A program made the translations under genes and the position numbers. A DNA stretch of 60,433 bases, filler included, from Phoronis australis (lineage: Eukaryota; Animalia; Phoronida), in assembly GCA_002633005.1 (NCBI GenBank). It is 4 parts of 4 records of this genome, joined end to end, with 100 filler letters (N's around TTAATTAATTAA, not from the genome) between each part and the next. Parts side by side here need not be neighbours in the genome. Positions count along the whole stretch, not along the records: positions 36,037 to 60,433 come from NMRA01000125.1; 3 more parts are not named here. The stretch is one strand, 5' to 3'. The notes under the pieces were generated by a model that made no database searches, had not been told where the DNA came from, and saw only the letters and a program-made list of their open reading frames with translations. Shown here one piece after another: positions 51,701 through 60,433 of the stretch. Numbering within the stretch: the first letter of the stretch is position 1; each line of letters starts with the position of its first letter.

Positions 51701-54700
51701 AAAGCACAATAAATGGTTCCAGGTGATCAGTGCAATGCGCCCACCTGAGCGGTCTGTGCAAGTCTGGTACAATGTGTACCAGACCACCCGAAATTATTTA
51801 TTTTATAAACAGAGATATTAAATTATCTGAATAAAGCAAAAGCCAACTTATCTGAAGGACTAACTACATGAACTAGAACAACCACACTGCGAAACTTTGA
51901 TTAAAAAGAAGATACGACTTGTTCATGTCCAACTTACATGAGGTTTACTGTCAATTCATATCAACAACGGCAAACTCCGCGATGTTACCTGCAGAGAATT
52001 GCTGCATGCAGTAGTAACATACAGCTTTGTAACACTGCACGCAGAATGATCACAAGTGGCATGTTAATAGTTCAAACTACTAAGGTTCATGAGATTAAAA
52101 CTTCACTAGAACCGAGTTATGGTGCCTGAGAGAAGAAACGGAACTTGTAAGAAAACAGTTGTACTCATGGCAAAAGAAATCAAGATAGTGACAAAACCAA
52201 GGCAGCAAGGGAAAAGGATTTGCTCCGTGGGTTGAACTTCAAAGTATATGCCATTACATGACAAGATAGTTATGTCAAACGTTAATCCTACTTTGCCCAA
52301 TCCTCCTATTGAACTTTGAACCTTTCCAAGTATAGTCACACTGTGTCACACAACATGCCGATTTAAGACCTTTGCATGCTTCCAATGGTCTGATCCACAA
52401 GTCCCAAGCCAACTGTACTCTAAACAGATTGGTTCAAGCGAATTCAGTCACAACAAACATTTTTTTACATGCCAGGATCGTTTCTTTAAATGCGATTCCA
52501 ATGTAGTTTCAGCGACCCATATAAACCATCCTAAAATATGAAACATCTGAACTTATCATTTCCTTTTTGTTTCATGCAACTTCTGAGTTTTTTCAGAAAA
52601 ATGTGAAAGTCCTATCTTTTGACAACCCCAAATGCAAAAATGGAACATTTAAAAAGCAACTCCTAACAGCATTTTGGTGAATACCGAATAAAGCTTAGTT
52701 TCGTGTGAATCCAATCGGCCATTTCTGAGATATGACATTTCAAATTTAGCCAATTTTGCACATATTTCTAAGGTCCTACATAACCATAACAAAGTCTACA
52801 CAAACATGAAATAAGCACTTCATGCCACGACTCACATATTTTTCCTCAGCAAACTTCAGCAGTTTGGAGTCAGTCTCTAGTAATATGTCCTCCCAGGCTT
52901 CCGTCATCTGCTTGACTACACGCTGCATGTACTGAAACCACGTATTATGTTTAAAGGTCAAAAATACGCAACACCAAATGACAGCTTACAATACCAAATA
53001 CCAACCTACAACCTAAACCACAGACCAATATATTCCATTTATTCAAAATAAACACTGCATGAAGACAGTAGTCAGACAATTTCGCAGCTGTTCCAATAAA
53101 CTACCTAGAGATTAGGTCAAAGGCATTTACCTGGTACAGCCGGTATTAAATTAATATTTATGTCCCCAATCTTCCAATATCCTGTAAGTAACACAGGACA
53201 CTCTATTTTGGGACCAATATCCATCATCATTCCTCTTTGAAAAATACAAACAAATCTCACAAAATTCCCCTCATTAGGTCTAAACATTCTTTCACTTCAA
53301 ACCATTAAAAAAATGTCCCTCAAGGTTAGAATAACTCTTTTTTTAACTGCATCGGGATGGAATTGGCAATGACTGGTGGGGGGGGAGAATTTCCCCCTCA
53401 CCCTTCCCCCTCACCCCTCACCCAAACAAAAATCCCCTCTGATGAGGATGCATCTTTCAACTCAGGTGAGCGAGAGCCGTGCAACACAAATACACTATGT
53501 GTCCAGTACAGTAGACCTGACACATCAGTAGCATCAGGTTGGTCAACTACACACCTTACTTACTAACAATCTAATTACTACCATTGCGAAAATGGTTACT
53601 CACCGAGACAAGAGTCTGGACAAGGCCAAACTTGTGGGCCAGCACCTTCAGTTCACTCCTCCGAGAGGCCAGCAATGTCGTGTCGAACTGAAAATTAAGT
53701 GTTGTTCTCCAGCTCACAACAGTTAGATGAGGTCAAAAAAGCATTGTTGCTTTTCATCTGCTCTGTTTTGAAAATCGAGTCGACGGTACCATGACAGTTC
53801 AAACCTAGGCTTGCTTACAACATACCTCTGTGCAGCTTTCAAAAAAAAAACACAAGACCTCGGCTGAAATTGATGCAGGCCGGTGTCCTTTTTGGGTGCA
53901 GGTCTCAAAATGAGACTTGGTAAAGACCAGAAACAACTTTGCCCAAGTAATTCTCCAAATTTTATTTTAGAAAACTGTTCAACATCAAGGACAAAACTAA
54001 GTGTATACGAACCCTCTGTCTCTGTGTATTGAAGTTGGTCAGGAATGTAATGTGAAATGGTGCCTAAATGTAATTTAGGTTCAAAAAACCTTTGTGGAAA
54101 ATTGTCAATAATTACCCTAGCCAAGACATTCATTGAAATCAGGGAAGGTGTCTTTGCCAACTAAATATGCTTAAAATACTCTGCTATTTACAGTGGGAGA
54201 TTAGGCTAAGTGGCAGATAGCACGGCTGCTATTGCAGAGCAAGTGGGTTCCATTTACCACTTCTGCTTTATTTTCGTAAAATTCCTTTTCTCAACGAAAA
54301 ATTCCCCTTTAAAATTTCTTCACAACCTTTACAAAGAAAGTGTCTTTAAACGCTGTACTCACAGTCATCACATGTGAAGTGACATCATTCGATGCATCAT
54401 GTGGAGACTCTACGTAAACAGATAAGATACGAAGGTCATCCGACAGCGAGGCTGAGGTCACAGAGCCCGCCTTAAAATAACAATGAACAGTATTAATGCA
54501 ACAACACTATGGAAGGGATGTTAATATGATTGCAGAGGGCAGTGTTCCACATGTCACCTCAGTCCCAACAAAACATTGTCACAATACAAACTGAAATACA
54601 GCACAGGGTATGAATTTTAGTCCGACGGGCCATTGACTGGTCAATTTGCCAGTTCTGATCAGAAAAGCTACATTCTGCTGAGAGCTTGGTCCCTCACTTG

Positions 54701-57700
54701 AGTTGGAAATACGGTCACCAAGCACTGACAGCCAGATTCAGATCACACACAACCGTCCTACGTCCATATGTTTATACAGTAAGACATTTGCCAAGGAACT
54801 ATCATAAACTTTGATGAAACTGAATTTGCAAAATGGATAGTCAGACAACACAAATTTAATGCACAAAAGGCCTGACTGAACAAAACCCCAAAACCATATA
54901 AAAGTCCTAGTCTCATTTGAATTTTTTACAGATCATAAAGACTTCAGTTGACATGTTATGTCCAGGAAGGCACACAAAACACAAGGTCAAAAAAAGCATA
55001 CCAGCTTCTGCTACCGATTTCCTTGACCTATTTCCAAGTGACTCTGTAATGCGATGTTTTCAGTGACTCACTTTTACAAAAAAAGTCCAAATGAGACACG
55101 CAAACATGATGTGAGATTTATTTTTTACTCCTCATCTGGAAAGTTATGTTTCAAACCTAGCTTCCACTTGACGTTTACTGACTGCAATTGATTCGAGCTG
55201 ACGTTTAATATTGATGGGTGATCGCACGTCTCAAAACGAGATGGGGCAAAGACCAGTACCAGTTTTGGCTCACAACAGAAACAACACCAGGCAATACACA
55301 CTCCATCGCACTTCTGCTACTTACAGAAGCATTCATCCTCCCTGTCAGTCCAATACACTTACCAGGCCATCACCATGCTGATTCAGATGAACCGTACCCA
55401 CACCCAATATACCGTAGACAAACAGATGAACTACACCAAACTGTGTTCCTACTAAGAGCACATTCAAGCTGGAAAGAAACCATTTCACTGAACTTAGTTA
55501 GTAGCATTAATTTACATGCACAGTGGAGCACTTCAGTAAAGCATTTTGTCTTATAACACATATCAGATTTCACGAGTCAATGTGGTTTTTAAGGTTTCAC
55601 GAGACCCCAGAAAAAGGTTCATATTTGGATAACTTTGAAACGTATCTCAGAAATGGCTGATCAAATGAATCTTTCAAATACTACTAAAATGCTTTATGCA
55701 ATATTCTCCAAAACGCTGTCAGAAATTGTTTCAAGAATGACCCATGTTTCCATGTAGCACTTTATGACTAAATAAAAAACCTCAAAAGTTGCATAAAACG
55801 AAAACAAAACGATATTTCAGAAAACTACATTGCCATTTCTGAGGTTTCATTTGGAAAGTAGAAAGCCTGTAGAGTTTGATTTCAACTTTATAACAATCTC
55901 CCTCGTTAACAGGGTCATGTGATCACGTCTTTTCAGAAAATTTAGCAAAAATGAAAGTTACATTCGCAACAAAACAATGATAACAATAACATGACCTAAT
56001 TTGGTTTGATATTTAATGTTCCAGACAAAATCTCAAAAACGCTGTTATAGTTTCTAAATTATCATTTCGTTGTCATTTGAAACAACCTGAGCTTTTTTCA
56101 GAAAACTCCTAAACTTGGGAATACTTATTAGTTTAGTAACGTCACTAAGTTCTGGAGCAAACGTACTCTTTCTGATCCTTCAACTTCTTGGAGTCTTCAA
56201 AATTCTCTTCTGAATTACTTTTACTAGTACCACCATAACTGGAAAACATTACAATCAATTACTTTTACTAGTACCACCATAACTGGAAAACATTACAATC
56301 AATTACTTTTACTAGTACCACCATAACTGGAAAACATTACAATCAATTACTTTTACTAGTACCACCACAACTGGAAAACATCACAATCAATTTGTTAGCA
56401 TTGATAAGGATTAAAATAATTACATTATACAAAAATAGACATAAATGTCAAATGTAACCTAAGAATGAAACCAGGAGAGAAATTAAATTGTGATCTACTG
56501 TGTTAAAGTCATGTCTAACCCCATCAATGAGCCTGTGGATTCAGTCAAATATTTACAAATCTACAGTAATTAAAGCTATGTAGGACAACAGAAAACTACA
56601 CAAATTTGTCTAACACAGAACATTGTAACAAAGACACGGCTGATCAAATTCATACAAAATTTTCACATTCATTTTTTATACACTGTTAATACACAGTGAT
56701 GCTGACATTGCTATAATTTTAATTTTACCGACCAACATCGTTTGAAAACAAATGCTGGCCAACTTTTTAAATTCCAAAACCAGGATTTACCTGAACTTGC
56801 ATTTCTTACAAGCCAAGCATTCACATTTCATTTTACTTCAAAATTACAAACATGACAAAAATTTACAAAGATTTCAGTTTTTCAGTTTTTGAAATTAAGA
56901 AATTGTTTATCTACTCATATAAAACCGTACATCTAGCACCTATGAGTTTCAGTTGTACAAAATTAAGATTCCTACCTCTTGGTCAATGGATGTAGTCTTG
57001 GCAAATATTCAGACGATTTTTCCGTGAATATTTCTGTCTCTGGCTCCGATGTGTCCTGCGTCAGCTCAGAAATCCATCTCAGACAGGTGATTGGTTCATC
57101 AAAATTAAGCGTGTGAAGACTCCGCGAGTTTTCCACATCGCACAATGCCACCTTTCCATCTGTATAACTCACTGCTAGAACTGTACATAGAAATTTGTTT
57201 TCACCACAAATTGTTACTGAAGAATAAATATTGGAACAAAGACATACAAATATCCAGGTTACAATATTTTCACCGGATTGTAACTGTACCTCATTTACGT
57301 AAGCACTTTGTACATGGGCATTCATTGCTTTGTCATCATTAAATATATGGTTGTAATAACTGCAAAAAGTTGACAAATTTCATCAAAATTCATTTCCCTA
57401 TGTCAAAGTTACAGCAAAAAACCCAGAAGGCAAGAAGCCAAAAAATAACATGAAATCGTCAGAAATTCATGCTTCGACAATTTGCCAATTTTCCAACAAA
57501 AAGAAAATTGTAGACTTTTTGAAAACTACTAAATATTGATTGCCATACATTAGTCTTGCAACAGAACCAATTTGAATGGCAAAATATGTGCAAAAGAATA
57601 TAACTTCCATATAAATATTGGAATACTTATATTAGATACTACTTAAATGTATATACCTCTATGTATATTAGTTTCACTTATGAACTGTCTACAACCCAGA

Positions 57701-58966
57701 TATAATGCTTCGCGATTTCTCGGTTTGTCATTATTTCTTTGTGTGTTCTGTGTATTCTTCAATAAATATATATCACTTTAAAAAAAACTTCCATTTAACT
57801 ACTAAGCAACAATCACTTCTGTTGCCAATACCAACGAGTTCTTAATGAGCAAGCTGCGTAACATTTACACTCTCACCTTTGCCATCTGGCCTCCACGCAA
57901 GCGACGACACCTGGATATTCTCAGAGTGAGGCTTCAGTGTCCACACTTTCTGCCATGACAACCGGTGTAAAACAACCTAGACAGAAACGGAACTGAGAAG
58001 ATGTCATTGGGCAAGTGCTGAAGATGATATCTCAAGACCTTGATTCAACGTGATAACTGAAAACTTGCAAATTTACAGAATTAAATACACAAGTGTCACT
58101 GGGCGATCCGAAAATTGTAAAAATAGTCATTTGAAAGGACCTAACTTGGTTTGAATCCAACATGTTCAAATAGCTTAATATTCTTGGAGAGGCAATTTTC
58201 AAAGAAACTGGTGATTCAGACTCTGAAAATCTTGCCATAATTGATTGGCATCTGTTTGTGATTCCTAAAACCAGTAAAAAAGGCTCATAGCCAAGCATGT
58301 GAATAATAGAAAATAAGAAAGGATTTTTAAAGCTGCTATGAACCCACATTGTCAGAAAGGATTAACTTTTGATTTACATCATTCATTGTAAAACCGGTCT
58401 CCATTTGTTCCTAACTCAGATGGGGCTGGGAAGTTAATTACTAGAAGCCAACTGCCAACAACAAATTGGCAATTTATTACTAGAACCCAACATCCAATAA
58501 CAAACTATCACGGCCAGAAACAACTTTTAATCTGAGTAAAAAACAAGAGTGGACTATACATATCGCTGCTCTCTAGAATAATGAGAGCGAAAAAGCCACT
58601 TCCGCTTGATCTCAACTCAAACTCATTAGACAAAAGTTCAATTACTACAAAGTGAATCATTAATTTAAACACAGAGGAATAAATTCACCATCTGGTGGGA
58701 TAGTGAATTTTAATATGGCACCCATATTTCACAAAATCAGCTATTTATACTAAATTTAGTAAAGGAAGTGGATTAATTTTTTCAAGTATGGAAAATTTAT
58801 AACTTAAACAGTTAAACGAGTGATAGCAGCGATCACTCCACCTTACCTCCCCCTGGACATTGGTCAGTGCCAACAGGTCCATCTTGGGTGACCACACCAA
58901 CAGGTGCACCTTGGCCGATACATGCTTCTCCTCTACCTGGCGGAACGAGCAGCACTCTGACATCAT
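36639..58966 (-). CDS. ANAPC4: Anaphase-promoting complex subunit 4, 20 coding exons, 3'-incomplete (~632 codons)
   Basis: Phase-consistent exons give WSPKMDLLAL, LAWRPDGKVLAV, MTEAWEDILLETDSKL, KGLKKLG, VIDRSMKNFKAFFRWLYV and LEKVGQYLKD, all recognisable APC4 motifs in the expected order. Confidence 0.96.
37987..38088 (-). CDS. ANAPC4: ANAPC4 exon 19
   Basis: HTCVVVDRTYLYSLSVDCVPPCEKLLVTRQLTD, phase 2-2. Confidence 0.78.
38170..39229 (-). mobile_element. HINE-like element with ~147-bp degenerate core repeats (ANAPC4 intron)
   Basis: Terminal perfect 15-bp hairpin TATGCACCCACATAT-AA-ATATGTGGGTGCATA next to an A/T run. Recurrent gccacyag...aggaac...aaatttc units at 38597, 38744, 38890 and 39038. 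Confidence 0.65.
39740..39775 (-). CDS. ANAPC4: ANAPC4 exon 18 (36-nt, frame-symmetric)
   Basis: ttttctag|G CTA GAT...AAA CA|gtaagt; RLDVKTPILVTK. Strong splice sites, weak sequence conservation. Confidence 0.6.
40165..40232 (-). CDS. ANAPC4: ANAPC4 exon 17
   Basis: SVIGDSLQCLGTWKICVHPEFE, matching the KP..VIG.S motif across the junction. Confidence 0.85.
40385..40830. repeat. Degenerate ~30-bp tandem repeat
   Basis: Recurrent ttccatgagttttccaggatattactttcat-like units. Confidence 0.75.
41157..41254 (-). CDS. ANAPC4: ANAPC4 exon 16
   Basis: GCKLFYKAEVNKSLTQVQKSLESSIESTMLKPS|gtaagt. Confidence 0.88.
43030..43165 (-). CDS. ANAPC4: ANAPC4 exon 15
   Basis: EMDGTKSGFKLEKVGQYLKDADLTVLPSNKNDMW...GLLD. 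Confidence 0.93.
46733..46882. repeat. 15-bp minisatellite (ttactagcgatcatt)n
   Basis: About 10 directly visible units. Confidence 0.9.
47080..47136 (-). CDS. ANAPC4: ANAPC4 exon 14
   Basis: MTQQDVSFVAEFLKDNFTE|gtaaag. Confidence 0.93.
48947..49049 (-). CDS. ANAPC4: ANAPC4 exon 13
   Basis: VIDRSMKNFKAFFRWLYVEIQKLSEEPIPAELSK. Confidence 0.96.
49595..49747 (-). CDS. ANAPC4: ANAPC4 exon 12
   Basis: VAQSIFYHLNDLQAMSCWFERFGVLGL...ILKASELQL. Confidence 0.94.
50416..50492 (-). CDS. ANAPC4: ANAPC4 exon 11
   Basis: GLKKLGHSLDTSYSNIQQLVLKHLQV. Confidence 0.94.
51141..51183 (-). CDS. ANAPC4: ANAPC4 exon 10 (GC donor)
   Basis: DELKMFLLHELTNK, donor AAG|GCAAGT. Confidence 0.88.
51373..51434 (-). CDS. 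ANAPC4: ANAPC4 exon 9
   Basis: KLCSGSVSTDFLELLMFGTPS. Confidence 0.92.
51590..51790 (+). mobile_element. Degenerate tRNA-derived SINE
   Basis: B-box-like aggttgtgggtttgagtcccact followed by a CORE-like body and an A/T-rich tail. Confidence 0.4.
52836..52931 (-). CDS. ANAPC4: ANAPC4 exon 8
   Basis: YMQRVVKQMTEAWEDILLETDSKLLKFAEEKY|gtgagt. Confidence 0.95.
53604..53687 (-). CDS. ANAPC4: ANAPC4 exon 7
   Basis: FDTTLLASRRSELKVLAHKFGLVQTLVS|gtgagt. Confidence 0.93.
54363..54470 (-). CDS. ANAPC4: ANAPC4 exon 6
   Basis: AGSVTSASLSDDLRILSVYVESPHDASNDVTSHVMT|gtgagt. Confidence 0.92.
55363..55468 (-). CDS. ANAPC4: ANAPC4 exon 5
   Basis: DLNVLLVGTQFGVVHLFVYGILGVGTVHLNQHGDGL|gtaagt. Confidence 0.92.
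56167..56238 (-). CDS. ANAPC4: ANAPC4 exon 4
   Basis: SYGGTSKSNSEENFEDSKKLKDQK, phase 2-2. Confidence 0.88.
56213..56388. repeat. 44-bp tandem repeat x4 containing the exon 4 acceptor
   Basis: Unit aattacttttactagtaccaccataactggaaaacattacaatc at 56213, 56257, 56301 and 56345 (last copy has 2 substitutions). Confidence 0.97.
56976..57180 (-). CDS. ANAPC4: ANAPC4 exon 3
   Basis: VLAVSYTDGKVALCDVEN...EYLPRLHPLTK. Confidence 0.95.
57877..57976 (-). CDS. ANAPC4: ANAPC4 exon 2
   Basis: VVLHRLSWQKVWTLKPHSENIQVSSLAWRPDGK, AG/GT bounded. Confidence 0.95.
58847..58966 (-). CDS. ANAPC4: ANAPC4 coding exon 1
   Basis: MMSECCSFRQVEEKHVSAKVHLLVWSPKMDLLALTNVQGE|gtaagg. An acceptor at ~59000 implies an upstream UTR exon. 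Confidence 0.93.
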
Positions 58967-59807
58967 AAGAACAAATACTGCTCTGCGGCTAACTGTTCCC
59001 TGAAAGGAAAGTTGTATTTCCGTCAAATTAACACATACCTCCAAGCTGCACTTTGTCCTGTTTATCTGGCTAAAAAAGAAAATCGAAATACACCACATGC
59101 TCTCATAAATTCAGATCTCATATACATTCCTTACAGTGATATAGGATTGTATTTCTGATATCAACAAGAACATAGAAACTAACAGCAACTCAAGAAAATA
59201 CTTGTTTATTGGGGTTAGCCAACCCTAAAGTTGCAAATTCAAGAGCAGCGCACATTGTGCATAATGCATTATCAGTGACTTGAGTTGCTAACATAAATAG
59301 AATGCTATCAAGGTAAGGAATAAATAAGATCAAGTTTATGAGAGTAAAAGGTATAATTTGACATTTGTTTTTCAGCCAGTTAAACAGGGCAAACTGCAGT
59401 TAATGTGTCCATGTTCTCTATTTTGAACTTCAAGGCAAAAAGCAGTTCAGTTAATATTTTGACCAGAAATGAATATACAAAAAATCCATAACGATGAAAA
59501 ACACATACGGGATAGCAGTGTGGGTACGAAAAAAGTCCCACTCGTGGCCGAGTTGCAGTCTTGACTGTCACAGACCAAGTATGCCTCCAGACTAATAAGT
59601 AAATTTGGTTTGCTTACACAGTCCATCCTTGCAGACCAACTAAATACCTCAGAGTTGTAATGTACTGTTGATACCTGAATATTTGCCATCGTGTCATAGA
59701 GTATGGGTGTTGAGCTGAGTGAGTGAGTCATTGACTAAATCTTAAATATGATGAAAAGAATGAAATTATAAGTGAAAGTTAAATGCTTGATGTGTGGCGT
59801 TGTCTAC

Positions 59808-60007
59808 TACGGTAAAGTCGCGTGATTTTCGGACGGCCCGCCATTTTCGACCAAGAATAAATATTTACGAAATGAGTTTTTCGTAGTCCACGAAATTCGT
59901 ACAAGGTCCAAAAACTGTTTTTCAAAGATCTTCGAATTTCGGACATTGTCATAAACATCAGAATTTTGTCCCGCGACTTTCGGACAAGGAAAATTTTAGA
60001 TACGGTA
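59808..60007. mobile_element. MITE fragment sharing a terminus with 36503-36529
   Basis: TACGGTAAAGTCGCGTGATTTTCGGAC at 59808 is the exact reverse complement of 36503-36529. Both regions carry internal ttcggac repeats. Confidence 0.6.
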
Positions 60008-60433
60008 ATTTGGGATCGACGCAACTCCCGTGTCACTAAAGCGTTCAACGGATGATTACTACTGTATAAGGCTCGAGTCCGAGAATCGGTATAACGGGTT
60101 TGTAATTTTTACCTTGTCTTGACGATGTCACGACCGTTACTCGATTGTCTTGCGTTTAGCTTGTGTTTGGCGCTTTAGCTATGAAAAGAATCACCGAGTT
60201 CCGCCTAACGAAAATTTCTGATGAAAATACAAATAGGAAATACACCGAAGGCTGCAACTTTTCGTTGTAGCGTAACATGTGCTCTGGTTTAAATAGGCCG
60301 TGCTGTTCGACTCCCGACTGTGACATTGAACATGCACGCCTGACATCAACTTGCGTGTTTACGAAACGTTTTTATTTTAAAACGTCCTGGCCTTTGCAAA
60401 TGCCCAACTATCGCCGGACAATAAGTTTTGCTG

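Overview
AT-rich, intron-rich eukaryotic (metazoan, probably marine invertebrate) DNA. It is not one contiguous locus: three 100-bp N44-TTAATTAATTAA-N44 linkers (13887, 26385, 35937) join four pieces, and there is also a 655-bp N gap. Two spliced protein-coding genes can be reconstructed by hand, neither seen intact by the ORF track. The first is a 3'-incomplete ANAPC4 (APC/C subunit 4) on the minus strand (20 coding exons, 58966 to 36639, about 632 codons, one GC-AG intron). The second is a 3'-incomplete plus-strand gene encoding a probable signal peptide and a divergent MAM domain (7791-10369). The rest is repeat-rich: a ~199-bp satellite array with an exact 397-bp dimeric core, a solo LTR inserted in it and an abutting telomere-like (TTAGGG/TTGGGG)n tract; a second solo LTR; Helentron-type HINE elements; a Ngaro/DIRS gag relic; a spliced THAP-domain pseudogene; SINE heads; MITEs; and several short hairpin elements. 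The most unusual observations are duplicated 3' splice sites at two ANAPC4 exons whose extra copies all lead to premature stops, and HINE core repeats that carry periodic CTCF-like or DR1 nuclear-receptor motifs. I see no convincing evidence for a wholly new multi-gene system.
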